DNA of 64,000 nucleotides from Rhizobium sp. Q54 (lineage in GTDB: Bacteria > Pseudomonadota > Alphaproteobacteria > ATCC43930 > CGMCC-115725): positions 3,237 through 67,236 of the forward strand of contig CAMATN010000004.1 in assembly GCA_945861155.1 (NCBI GenBank), written 5' to 3'. A program made the translations under genes and the position numbers. Under the pieces are notes generated by a model. That model made no database searches. It saw only the letters and a program-made list of their open reading frames with translations, and was not told where the DNA came from. Each line of letters opens with the position of its first letter. Position 1 is the first letter of the stretch. Of the stretch, positions 1 through 9,384 are shown one piece after another.

Positions 1-64
1 CGCGGCGAAGCGCCAGTTGCTGCTTTGCCTGGTCGATGTCGTCTCGCTTCAGAGAATCCCACAT
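1..64 (-). CDS. 5' part of a small hypothetical protein (MWDSLKRDDIDQAKQQLALRR...), runs off the window
   Basis: GGAGG, 7 nt, then ATG on the minus strand; resembles the C-terminal half of the divergent ORF 352..999. Confidence 0.6.
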   Translation of the reverse strand, partial: MWDSLKRDDIDQAKQQLALRR

Positions 65-351
65 CGGAACACCTCCCCGATTTCACGGCTACCGCCCAGC
101 GTAAACCAGAATCAACCGGCGCACATCGGCTAACGAATGGGATTATTTATGTATTTGTCATGACAGTTCGAGTCATTCCATGCGGTGGCGCGAAACGGCA
201 AGATTTTTAGAAAAACCTTCGCTAAAATGGAAGCTGTTCATCTTGCTTTTCCGGGCGACCGATAAATACGCTGAGGGCATGAAATCCTGATATGAGGTGC
301 TGTGCCATTTGAACGAGATCATGGTTTCAGCATGTGAATGAGGGGTTCGCG

Positions 352-999
352 ATGAGTTCGTTCGAGTGGATGGAGCTGCATGCCCTTACCAGCGAAATCA
401 ATGCCTCGCGAACTCGATTGTCGGCGGCCAGGGTCAATAAAGACAGCCGTCTCGCGCGGGTATTGGAGGAAGAGATCGCCGGGGCCGAACAGCGACGCAC
501 CCGCCTCCTCGCCCATATCACCACCCACCTTGCCAGCGTTCCCGAAGGTTCGCCGCCGGCCGAGGCAATCGAAGAAGCGAACCCCGGTCAGGCCTTGGCC
601 CAAATCGAGGAGATCGCCGATCAGGCGGCGGCAGAACAACCGCTCGCCGAAATCGGCGATCGGAGCATTGGAAGCGCCGCTCCGTCACCCGCCGCCGCCA
701 TTCCCCAGGCCGACAATTCAGGAGGCATCATCGTGTGGGATCAACTGAGCTTCGGAGACATCGAGCGCGAAACAAACCAACTTGGGGTGCGCCGCGCCGA
801 AATGCTGGCGCGGCACGCCGAGGAGCTGAAAGCGCTGGAGGTCGATCAGACCCAACTCGATGCCCTGGAACAGGCCATCGAGGCTTTTGTGCGACGTTTC
901 GGCCCGTCATCCCCCGAGGACGCACAACAGAGCGCCCCAGGGAGCGCAATCGTTGTGCTCGGCGAGGAACGCGAGTCGCGCCTGCAGGGCCGCGCCTGA
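352..999 (+). CDS. Hypothetical helical/coiled-coil protein with a possible internal start at 733
   Basis: ORF with GAGGGG RBS before ATG 352; in-frame GGAGG-N7-GTG at 721-735. Confidence 0.7.
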   Translation: MSSFEWMELHALTSEINASRTRLSAARVNKDSRLARVLEEEIAGAEQRRTRLLAHITTHLASVPEGSPPAEAIEEANPGQALAQIEEIADQAAAEQPLAEIGDRSIGSAAPSPAAAIPQADNSGGIIVWDQLSFGDIERETNQLGVRRAEMLARHAEELKALEVDQTQLDALEQAIEAFVRRFGPSSPEDAQQSAPGSAIVVLGEERESRLQGRA

Positions 1000-1028
1000 G
1001 CCCGAGCGCTTGCCGCGGCGACCGTCGG

Positions 1029-2480
1029 TCAACCCTCGACAGATAACCGGCGACCCGCCTTGAGCAGGCTTTGCGGCTCGTCGAACGAAAGCGGCGCACC
1101 GGTAAATTTGCTGTTGGCGAGCAGGTAGGTCGCCTTGTTGGTTTCGATGTTGAACTCGGGAAAACCACGCCGCGGGCTGAATTGCGGACGCGCGGCGAGC
1201 CGCTCGGCGAGTTCGAGGTGATTGCCGATATCGAAAAACTCGATCGCGTTTTTGTGGTATTCGGCGAATTCCAGGAACGTATGGGTCCGCGAGGCGATGA
1301 TCCGGCAGCCAAGTTCGAGCGCTTGCGATATCGGACCCGACGATGATTGCCCGACTTCGAGATACGGAAACACGACCGCATCGCAGATTGTCATGCCGCT
1401 GAGGAAATCTGCTTCGGCAAGCGCCCCCATGAAGTGGATGCGCGCCGACAAATCGCGCGGATGGCTCCCCAACAATTCGCCCAGCCCCCGGTCGGCGGTT
1501 ACCACCAGCGGAGGTCCGCCGTGAGGAGCGCTCAACCGGTCGTACAGCGTCGTATCCATGTAGGCGTGGCCGAATAGCGAGGTGATATACGGGTGCCGCG
1601 GCTGACGCGGCGCGATCTCCTGCGGGTGCACCCCGCCGAAGATCAGCAGGTGATGATTTTTCGGCAGATATTGCAGCGCCTCAATTGCCGTCTCGATACC
1701 TTTGTATTCGTTTAGAAAACCGAAGACGCCGATCAGCACCGCATCGGCCGGCAAACCGTCCAGCATCGCAAAGCGCGGCCGCGCGGCGCCGCTCCGGATC
1801 GCCTCGGCCTCACTCGCCGCGAGATAGGAGAGCGGGTGATCGAATACCTGCCGGACGCCGTATAGATAGCGGGCGTCGTGCAGGTCGCGCCGGTTGTGCA
1901 CGATCGCGCTGACCTGCTTGTAGGTCTGCGCCCGGCGCAGCTGGCGGGCGATCCCATGCGAGAGCAGGTGGGTGCGGCGGAATTCCGCCTGCATCCGCGC
2001 CGCCGCCTTGAACTTCAGCGTCACGAGCGCCTTGGCGAAACCGGTCGCGTCGAAGGCGGGCGGCATCGGCAGCGTGTGGAAGGTGACCGACAGACGCGGC
2101 GCGGCATCGGTGAGCCAGCAGAACCGACGGTAGATGTCGGCGCCTTGCCGGCCCAGCGTGCCGTGTTCGAGCTGCAGGTTGACGACATCGAACTGCCGCA
2201 GCGCGCGGCAGATCGACTTGACGTGACGGTCGGCGAGCTTGCGGACGCGGCGGTTCGGGTTGCGCAGCAGGTATTGGTTCAGGTCGAACACGGTAATGTC
2301 GAATGCCCCGTCGAGCTGCCGCCGCAGGGCGGCGGTATAGGCGGCGATGCCGCACAATTTGCTGCTGGTCGAGACGATCGCGAGGGTTTCCTTGCGCGAC
2401 GGCGGTGCGGCTGCAAGCGGCTCCAGGTCCACCCGGTCGGGGTAGAGCGCGGCGGGGGAGCGGAACGCGAACATCGCCAT
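1029..2480 (-). CDS. GT-B fold glycosyltransferase (GT4-like)
   Basis: CGIAAYT N-terminal motif, FGFLNEYKGIE and FPY...SSGPISQAL motifs; RBS upstream; in operon with capsule export genes. Confidence 0.8.
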   Translation of the reverse strand: MAMFAFRSPAALYPDRVDLEPLAAAPPSRKETLAIVSTSSKLCGIAAYTAALRRQLDGAFDITVFDLNQYLLRNPNRRVRKLADRHVKSICRALRQFDVVNLQLEHGTLGRQGADIYRRFCWLTDAAPRLSVTFHTLPMPPAFDATGFAKALVTLKFKAAARMQAEFRRTHLLSHGIARQLRRAQTYKQVSAIVHNRRDLHDARYLYGVRQVFDHPLSYLAASEAEAIRSGAARPRFAMLDGLPADAVLIGVFGFLNEYKGIETAIEALQYLPKNHHLLIFGGVHPQEIAPRQPRHPYITSLFGHAYMDTTLYDRLSAPHGGPPLVVTADRGLGELLGSHPRDLSARIHFMGALAEADFLSGMTICDAVVFPYLEVGQSSSGPISQALELGCRIIASRTHTFLEFAEYHKNAIEFFDIGNHLELAERLAARPQFSPRRGFPEFNIETNKATYLLANSKFTGAPLSFDEPQSLLKAGRRLSVEG

Positions 2481-2519
2481 GGTGCTCTCCTCAAAATGCG
2501 TAATCGGGACACCGCGCCG

Positions 2520-3830
2520 TCACGACAGGTGATCGCGCACGGATTGTGCCGCCAGCCCGCCGATGCCCCAGAACGCGAGTGCAAGCAGCGCGAGGGTGCC
2601 GAGCGATCGCCAGCGACGGGGATAGATCGCTTCTTCCGGCAGGCTCGGCGGAATGAAGCTGGCGATAAAGACATGCTGGCGATCGGCCGTGGCGCGGGCC
2701 TGGTCGACCCCGCGCAGCGCGAGCTGGTAGGCCGCCTCGGCGAATTTCCGCGTGCTCTCCAGCTGTTCGTAAGCGCCGAGGGTCCGCGACAGCGTGTCGG
2801 GACGCGTCTTGTCCGGATCGGTCAACTCATCGGACAGGATTCGCCGCTGGGCCTCGAGCGATTTGATACGCGCGGTCAGAACCTTGATCGAGGGCGCATC
2901 GTCGCGCATGTAGCGCTTCAGCGTCGCCCGTTCGGCGTTCGCCCGAATCAGTTCGTCGCGCAGCCGGGTCGCGAGGAGCCCGGTCGCCTCGGCTGTCCTC
3001 GCCGGGTCGATCATCCCCTCCCGGTCGCGGAATGCGCGGATCTCTCCGAGTACCGATTTGAGCCGGGTTTCGGCTTGCGCCAACTCCGCCTCGGCGCGCT
3101 GCGCTCCGTCGCGCCGCGCCCGCCGCGACAGCTCGTTGACCAGCTTTTCGCAAGACGCGACGATCGCCTCGGACAGGCGCAGCGCGTCGGCCGGCGCAAA
3201 GGCGCGGACTCGGACCGTGACCGAGCCGTAGGCCGGGTCGTAAAACGGATCGACCTGCCCCTTCCAGTACCGCACCAGCGCTTCGATCGAGGCTGGAATC
3301 GTCAACCCCGACCACCAATCGGCCTGCGGCGGCGAGAAAAACCGACGAAGGTCGAGCGTCGCGTCGATCTCGTCGACGATCGCCCGGCTGGTGATGTACT
3401 GGACGACGATCTGCGACTCCAACGCCACCGGAGATTGGATCGGGTTGCCGGCGAAGAGCGACATCGGGTCGAAGCGCGGCGCGTCGACGCTGTTGAGCGT
3501 AAAGCGGAACTCCGCGACGTACTGGTCGGCCGCGACGGCAAAATAATAGACGGACGCCGCGGCTATCGGCATCGCCACCAGCGCGGCAAACGACAGGACG
3601 CGCAACGACAGGAATCGCAGCGGCAGAATGCTCCAGGATGGGCGGCCGCCGGGACCGGCCGCGCGCTCGACCGCCAGCGGCGTGCGCAGGCCGCGCGCGC
3701 TTGGCACGAGCAGCCCGCCGGCCTGCGCCGGCAGGGCAGGCTCGGACGGAGTACCGACCGGTTGGTAATCCTCGGGCGATCGCGGCGCGGCCAACTCCGG
3801 CGCGCGCGTCAGTCGGGGCGCGAATCGCAT
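2520..3830 (-). CDS. kpsE: Capsule polysaccharide export inner-membrane protein (KpsE/CtrB/BexC family)
   Basis: YYFAVAADQYVAEFRF, coiled periplasmic part, PSLPEEAIYPRR and C-terminal TM. Confidence 0.88.
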   Translation of the reverse strand: MRFAPRLTRAPELAAPRSPEDYQPVGTPSEPALPAQAGGLLVPSARGLRTPLAVERAAGPGGRPSWSILPLRFLSLRVLSFAALVAMPIAAASVYYFAVAADQYVAEFRFTLNSVDAPRFDPMSLFAGNPIQSPVALESQIVVQYITSRAIVDEIDATLDLRRFFSPPQADWWSGLTIPASIEALVRYWKGQVDPFYDPAYGSVTVRVRAFAPADALRLSEAIVASCEKLVNELSRRARRDGAQRAEAELAQAETRLKSVLGEIRAFRDREGMIDPARTAEATGLLATRLRDELIRANAERATLKRYMRDDAPSIKVLTARIKSLEAQRRILSDELTDPDKTRPDTLSRTLGAYEQLESTRKFAEAAYQLALRGVDQARATADRQHVFIASFIPPSLPEEAIYPRRWRSLGTLALLALAFWGIGGLAAQSVRDHLS

Positions 3831-4492
3831 GAGGGCGGCTCCGCGAGGGTGCGCCGATAGTACTGGAACGCGCTCGCGACATCGTCGAACAGCTGCAAGC
3901 GGCCGCCCGCGAGAACGGCTGCGCGATCGCAATACTGGCGTATCGTATGGTGATTATGGGTCGCGAGGATGACGTCGGAGCGCCGCAGACGCTCGCGAAA
4001 CGCAGCCGCGCATTTGCGGCGAAAGCGCTCGTCGCCGATCTCCGTTATCTCGTCGATCAGATAGACGTCGAAATCGATCGCCAGGCAGGCGCCGAAGGCG
4101 AGCCGCGCCCGCATTCCGGCCGAATAGGTGTTGACGGGCATCTCGAAATAATCGCCGAGTTCGGCGAATTCATCGACAAAATCGGTCGTCTGGCGCACCC
4201 CGGCGCCGTACACCCGGGCGATGAACGCGACATTTTCGCGGCCCGACAGGGCGCCGTGGAAGGTGCCGCCAAACCCGAGCGGAAACGACACGAGGACATC
4301 GCGGCGAATGGCGCCGCGATCGGGCATCTCGGACCCCGCCAGCAACCGGATCAGGGTCGACTTGCCGGAGCCGTTGGCCCCGAGGATGCCGATATTATGG
4401 CCGGACGGAAAATCGACGGTCGTATGGTCAAGGAGGAGCCTGCGGCCGGAGGCGGTCTTGTAGGTCTTCACGACGCCTTCGAGGGCGATCAC
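3809..4492 (-). CDS. kpsT: Capsule ABC transporter ATP-binding protein
   Basis: Walker A GANGSGKST, YSAGMRARL signature, YLIDE Walker B. Confidence 0.92.
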   Translation of the reverse strand: MIALEGVVKTYKTASGRRLLLDHTTVDFPSGHNIGILGANGSGKSTLIRLLAGSEMPDRGAIRRDVLVSFPLGFGGTFHGALSGRENVAFIARVYGAGVRQTTDFVDEFAELGDYFEMPVNTYSAGMRARLAFGACLAIDFDVYLIDEITEIGDERFRRKCAAAFRERLRRSDVILATHNHHTIRQYCDRAAVLAGGRLQLFDDVASAFQYYRRTLAEPPSCDSRPD

Positions 4493-5060
4493 AACGGCGC
4501 GCTCAACTTGCGGTGCGACAAGCGGTGCAGCGCGAGCCCGCCCAGGAGCGCCAGGATCGCAACGACGACCAGGTACGATTGGTCAAGCCAATGCGGCTGG
4601 TAGCTCGCGAAGAACCCGGCGCGGAACCAGTCGATCGCATGCAATAACGGGTTCCACACGAGGATCTCCCGCGCCCACTCCGGCATCATTCCCGGCACAT
4701 AGAAAATGCCCGAAATGAAATACAGAACGCGGGTCAACTGTCCGTAGATCTTTTCCCATGACCGCCAGAACACGGTGACGACGGCGTTGATACAGCCGAT
4801 CCCGCAACCCAACGCCGCGATAACCAGCAGCGCCATCGACGGCGCCCACCAATCATCCGGCATCGCCGCCATGCCGATCGCCGCGAACCCCGCCAGCAGG
4901 ATTACCGCGACAATGATGTCGGTCGTGACTTCGAGGATGCCGCGCGCGGCGATCACATCGAACGTCGTGACCCGCGGCAGTTGCAGCAGCGGCGCATTAC
5001 CGACGATGGCATGGCTCATCCCGCTGCTGGCGTGGACGAACACATGATAGGGAATGAGGC
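4489..5060 (-). pseudogene. kpsM: 3' half of capsule ABC-2 permease, split by the transposon
   Basis: TGLIPYHVF...FISGIFY...WNPLLHAIDWFR motifs; joins in frame with 11964..13353 when the element and one TSD copy are removed. Confidence 0.9.
5053..5060. repeat. 8-bp target site duplication AATGAGGC, left copy (right copy 11956..11963)
   Basis: Identical 8-mers immediately outside both IRs. Confidence 0.95.
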
Positions 5061-5162
5061 CGGTATTATGGCGCAAATGGGACCACACGATCTGGTGCTT
5101 GAAACCCCGCCTCAGTAGCTACATATAGTGAGGCGATCCTAAAATGCCCGTGGCCTTTGCTC

Positions 5163-5996
5163 ATGCGCACGAACTATCGAACGATTGCCCGACAGGCATT
5201 GAAGCGGGCCAGAGCCGAAACAGCGAGCGGTGATCCCGAGCGGCTTGCCTACGCGGCTCTCGAATTGCGGAACGCACTGGAAGCGGTGACGTATGACAGG
5301 GCACAACTATATAAGGACGAGGTTTCCGCCGACGTATATCGGACATGGCAGCCACGGAAGGTCATCAGATACATGGCCGAGATCGACCAGATGGTGTCTT
5401 TCAAAAGTTGGGAAGTATTGTTCAAGCCGCAGCACAAACCCGGCGAACCTGAGAACCGTTGGATTTCTTTCGGCACAGAGACCCTTCTGACTCAGAAGAA
5501 CCTCAAAGATCACTATGATGCCTTGGGGAGTTTCCTACACGTTCCTACCCCTCATCAAATTGCCAACAATAAAGAGCCAGACAATGAACGTCTTAGAGAA
5601 CACTGCGAAGAATGTATTGCCATTCTCGACAGAGTTCTGAAATCTCCTGTATCCAAGGTCACGTTCAGTGTGTCTTCCAAAGGGGAATGTCAGCGATGTG
5701 GTCATATTGTCATAAAGCGAACCCCACCGAACTCAACAGTACCTTTTGAAGCTCGTTGTTTCGAGTGTGGTGCCGGATACGTGGTGACGCATGAGGGTCC
5801 AAATACAGTGAGATGGATTCCAAAAACATGTCCGATAGGATGTCAAACTCCCGGCTGCGACCAGGAAATAGAGCTATGGGAGGACGAGATTCGGCCTGGT
5901 GTCACATGGGACTGCGAGGGGTGTGGGGAAAGCTATGCGCTCCATCTAAGGATAATGCAGAAAATCAGAACTGACATAGGGACGGTCGAAACATGA
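5163..5996 (+). CDS. Hypothetical protein: helical HEPN-like N-domain plus four CxxC-type zinc-knuckle pairs
   Basis: AYAALELRNALE helix and YDALGSFLH motif; CQRC, CFEC, CQTPGC, CEGC. Confidence 0.65.
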   Translation: MRTNYRTIARQALKRARAETASGDPERLAYAALELRNALEAVTYDRAQLYKDEVSADVYRTWQPRKVIRYMAEIDQMVSFKSWEVLFKPQHKPGEPENRWISFGTETLLTQKNLKDHYDALGSFLHVPTPHQIANNKEPDNERLREHCEECIAILDRVLKSPVSKVTFSVSSKGECQRCGHIVIKRTPPNSTVPFEARCFECGAGYVVTHEGPNTVRWIPKTCPIGCQTPGCDQEIELWEDEIRPGVTWDCEGCGESYALHLRIMQKIRTDIGTVET

Positions 5997-6529
5997 TTAA
6001 ATTGGTATTGGTGTGGAGTGGGGTGGCACTCGGCGGGGTTATTCTGATCGCGGTGTATTGGAACTTTTCACCGACCAATACGGCTAAACAGAATCTTGGC
6101 ACGTTTGGTCTCCTTGGAGATTGGTCATTCGATTGCGCTAGTAAGGGACGGACAACGTTTACCGCGCCATTTTTCGGTAATCCCACTGGCATTTCGACTG
6201 ATGGCAATGAAAACACATATTCAGCGGCGGAGATTAAATCCGCTACAAGGCTCACCGACGACAAACTCAAAATCGTATCTCTGATTACGAAGGTGCCGGA
6301 CGCAAATAAGAAGAACGATGCCGCTCGACAAGAAGGTGAGATTTGGCAAACGGTTTATGAACGAATTGGCAAGAAGATGCGGGTTATGGAGATTGAACGA
6401 GAAGATGGAAAGAAAGTCGTGGTCAAGAACGGTTATTTTTACGAAACCCGCGAAGGAAAAGAGCCGACAAAGACCACTAATTTCGCACTTTTCCTTGAAA
6501 AGTGTCTCAACTGGCACTGTTGCCATTGA
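5993..6529 (+). CDS. Hypothetical membrane-anchored protein
   Basis: ATGA overlap with the upstream gene; one N-terminal hydrophobic helix then a beta-rich domain. Confidence 0.7.
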   Translation: MIKLVLVWSGVALGGVILIAVYWNFSPTNTAKQNLGTFGLLGDWSFDCASKGRTTFTAPFFGNPTGISTDGNENTYSAAEIKSATRLTDDKLKIVSLITKVPDANKKNDAARQEGEIWQTVYERIGKKMRVMEIEREDGKKVVVKNGYFYETREGKEPTKTTNFALFLEKCLNWHCCH

Positions 6530-6612
6530 TCTGACCGCACAGCGTCAGTAATGAAGGAGTTCTTTTTCGTATATAGTAGTGTAACGTTTTTCAGTTGAGG
6601 GAGGGTAATCAA

Positions 6613-6984
6613 ATGCCCCACATTGAATCTCTATACGAGGTTGAGTTCGGTGATGTTGCAGACGGCGGTGCCAGCTACCGTAATGGCGGCGAATTCGTCC
6701 TGGAAGCCAACCGAATTTTCGGCGGCGATAGCGGCTATTACTACAACGGCACGTTCTCATGCGATGGTGAACAGATCGCAGCCGACGTGAAGATCGTCAA
6801 ACACAACCCGAATTGGGGCAATGCATTTGGCGATGCTGCACAATCTTTCAATGTGCGGCTCCAAGGAACCGTCAACAACACCGTGATCGAAGGCTCTATG
6901 GAAAGGCTGGATCGACCGGGAATACGTTTGCCGGTCAGGTTGACATGGAAAGAAGATCTTCCCTGCGAGATACCGCCACCATAA
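6613..6984 (+). CDS. GrlR-family beta-barrel protein
   Basis: LYEVEF...GG.FVL...IFGGDSGYYYNGTF pattern characteristic of the GrlR family; GAGGG RBS. Confidence 0.7.
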   Translation: MPHIESLYEVEFGDVADGGASYRNGGEFVLEANRIFGGDSGYYYNGTFSCDGEQIAADVKIVKHNPNWGNAFGDAAQSFNVRLQGTVNNTVIEGSMERLDRPGIRLPVRLTWKEDLPCEIPPP

Positions 6985-7010
6985 CGAGAGGATTATGAAC
7001 GGAGAGGAAT

Positions 7011-7916
7011 TTATTGCAGATCAGGCGCGTATGACCAACCATTCTTCTCGGTTTTGACCCAACGGCAAGCACTGGTATTTGAGATTTCATGGTGTCGTGC
7101 GGCACTTGCACAGGTCGGAAACGGGCCATCCGGCGTGTTGACAGCCCGGTGGTTGTGATCTTTCGGCGAGAGGATGAATTTCTCGACGACGACATGGGCG
7201 TAAATATAGCGATGTTTGATACCCCACACGGTAGGAACAGATACTCCATATTGGGCACTGATTTCCTTGTAATATCGGGCGTCAGCACAGATCGCTCGAA
7301 TGTCGTCATCCGATAAGTTACCCATCTGGTGTCCTTTCTGGAATGATGCGCGCGGTCGGATGAACACTTCCTCGCAATATACATGATCATAGGCAAGTCC
7401 ATGCTTGATACGTTGGACCATCGAAGCTGTGATATCGTACTGCTCGCCGATTTCTCTGTATAATCGTTTATCTACACAAACCGCGCGAATTTCCTCGTCA
7501 GATAATTTTCCAGGAGTCCCGAACTCACCAAGTAAGATACGGAGATTTATGCGTGTTCGCGCCGCCGCCTTATATTCCTCTGATCGATGGGTTCCCAATA
7601 CCGCCTCCTGAGCCGCAGCTATCGAGGTAATTCGTTGAAGTCGGCGTTTTGGGTGGTTGGACGAGCACCGCTTGCTGCAAAACTGTCGTTTAGCAAAGGT
7701 CGTAATTTGTTCTTTCTGGCGTCGTACAAGGGACTTTTGGCATAATGCACAATGTCTATCGGGCACAACCCGTCTGTGGCCGTGCCCCGCACATCGCACG
7801 TTGCAATATTTTCGTCTTATGTAGAAATAACGATATTCGTTCCAACGTTGGACGAGTTTCTTCTGACAGAAAGCACACTGTCGGTCATCGTCAACGATAA
7901 TCTGTTTCCGTCCCAT
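7011..7916 (-). CDS. Multi-module DNA-binding protein (2 Zn fingers, NUMOD3-like motif, 2 HTH repeats, NUMOD1-like end)
   Basis: CAFC..CNVRC and CALC..CSKRC; GTHRSEEYK; repeats GKLSDEEIRAVC..IKH and GNLSDDDIRAIC..IKH; GPFPTCASAARHH. Confidence 0.65.
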   Translation of the reverse strand: MGRKQIIVDDDRQCAFCQKKLVQRWNEYRYFYIRRKYCNVRCAGHGHRRVVPDRHCALCQKSLVRRQKEQITTFAKRQFCSKRCSSNHPKRRLQRITSIAAAQEAVLGTHRSEEYKAAARTRINLRILLGEFGTPGKLSDEEIRAVCVDKRLYREIGEQYDITASMVQRIKHGLAYDHVYCEEVFIRPRASFQKGHQMGNLSDDDIRAICADARYYKEISAQYGVSVPTVWGIKHRYIYAHVVVEKFILSPKDHNHRAVNTPDGPFPTCASAARHHEISNTSACRWVKTEKNGWSYAPDLQ

Positions 7917-7973
7917 TTTCCCTATTCTCTTTTGAGAACGATGAGGGAGCACTGCCCCCTCATTGTGTCCAGG

Positions 7974-8885
7974 TCAAGCAGCTTTCCGAGTTTCAACGTC
8001 CCCGAAAGGCCAGTCTGCTTCGCCCAGACCGTATTGCTCAACAATGTGCAGCCACCGGTTGAACGTTTCTTGCAAGAGATCGCGACGCTGCCGGGCCGGC
8101 ATCGCGTCAAGCCATGCTGCGTCCTTCTCCGCTTGAACATCATCGACCGAGAGGTCGGGCTTACCATCCCGATAGGTTTGCACGAGGCATGCTCGTGCGT
8201 GCTCAACGCCGAGACCGGCGGGTCGACTTACCGGCATAAACATCCGCTGGTCGAGCATGGGGTACGCCAGATCGCCGAGGAACTCCATCACCTTCTTCCC
8301 GGACACCCGCGATGTTCTGGTTGTCGTGGAAGGCTCGATTGGTGGTGTATCTGATGGCTTGCGACCGTTGAGTGGGAACCGCTCTCGCAACTGCTCGATT
8401 AGATCGTCAACCGTATTCTCTAAACAGAGCCGCAGAATTTCCTTCACATGCTGCGGGTGCTGCATAACCCACGGGACCGCCTTACGAGCCTTCGTAAGTC
8501 CGCCCGACTGAGCGATCAGATCGACGATCTCGGGGTCGTTGAACTTCGCGTAGGCGTCGTAGACATCTACGCGGGTGAGGATGTCATTCCGCGTGTAGCA
8601 ACGGTGCGGGAATCGTTGCTGCACAAAAAATATGAAATGGTCCACGGTTACAATCGGGGACTTGATGCCCGCCATCCATTCGGTCGGGCGATGATATAGG
8701 CTCGAAAAGAAATAGCAGCTTTCCCATAGGTAGGTCGCATAATTGCTAACAGAAGAATCGAGTGCATTACACAATTCGTCGAGAGTTATTTTGCTGGCGT
8801 CAGCTTTAACGCCGACGCGTGGCACAGGGTTGTTGATGAATATACGCTTGGACACTGAAATCTCTCCTTTATAATCCGCCGACAA
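7974..8885 (-). CDS. Hypothetical protein (transposon cargo)
   Basis: 303-codon ORF in lower-GC DNA, co-oriented with its neighbours; start uncertain. Confidence 0.6.
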   Translation of the reverse strand: MSADYKGEISVSKRIFINNPVPRVGVKADASKITLDELCNALDSSVSNYATYLWESCYFFSSLYHRPTEWMAGIKSPIVTVDHFIFFVQQRFPHRCYTRNDILTRVDVYDAYAKFNDPEIVDLIAQSGGLTKARKAVPWVMQHPQHVKEILRLCLENTVDDLIEQLRERFPLNGRKPSDTPPIEPSTTTRTSRVSGKKVMEFLGDLAYPMLDQRMFMPVSRPAGLGVEHARACLVQTYRDGKPDLSVDDVQAEKDAAWLDAMPARQRRDLLQETFNRWLHIVEQYGLGEADWPFGDVETRKAA

Positions 8886-8959
8886 TCGTTGGATAATCTG
8901 GATATAGTCCAGAGACCAATCTTCATCAAGGGCAGGAGAGGACTTTTAACGAGGCGACT

Positions 8960-9319
8960 TTAACCTTGCTCTGGTATGCCGGCGCGCATTCTGTTGATTT
9001 TCTGCCGAACCTCAATGAGCTTATGTTTTATATCGGGCTGGACGGAAATACCTGTTCCATTTCCATATTCGTCCGTCTGAAAAGTCACGCCGACTTCCTC
9101 GAATATTTTGCGTATATGTTCGAGGATGACTGGCATCGTCTTACGCTTTCCTTTTTCCAAATCTTTAATCGTAGACAAGCCGACATTAGACAAGTCCGCC
9201 AGATCCTCCTGGCTCCATCCCAGCCATGCGCGGGCCGCTCGGCACTGTTCGCCGGTTATCGGTGCGTCATCTGGCATCTCATACTCGCAAACATCCTTAA
9301 CAGTCCCGGAATCTAGCAC
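8960..9319 (-). CDS. XRE-family HTH transcriptional regulator
   Basis: ITGEQCRAARAWLGWSQEDLA...STIKDLEKG; true start may be ATG 9277. Confidence 0.9.
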   Translation of the reverse strand: MLDSGTVKDVCEYEMPDDAPITGEQCRAARAWLGWSQEDLADLSNVGLSTIKDLEKGKRKTMPVILEHIRKIFEEVGVTFQTDEYGNGTGISVQPDIKHKLIEVRQKINRMRAGIPEQG

Positions 9320-9347
9320 CCGTTCAGGCTGACTTCAACCATTTCAG

Positions 9348-9384
9348 TTGACCAACGCCGCCGTGTCAGCTAATATCGCTGACA
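9348..9384 (+). promoter_or_regulatory. Sigma70-like transposase promoter overlapped by a palindromic operator
   Basis: TTGACC-17-TAATAT; the -10 sits inside TGTCAGC-N7-GCTGACA. Confidence 0.65.

Noticed and set aside
1878..3860. 660-aa plus-strand ORF
   Set aside because: Antisense shadow of the GT and kpsE genes in high-GC DNA; no motifs
5116..5131. NrdR-box-like CTACATATAGTG
   Set aside because: Single partial match with no ribonucleotide reductase context; explained by the promoter/hairpin
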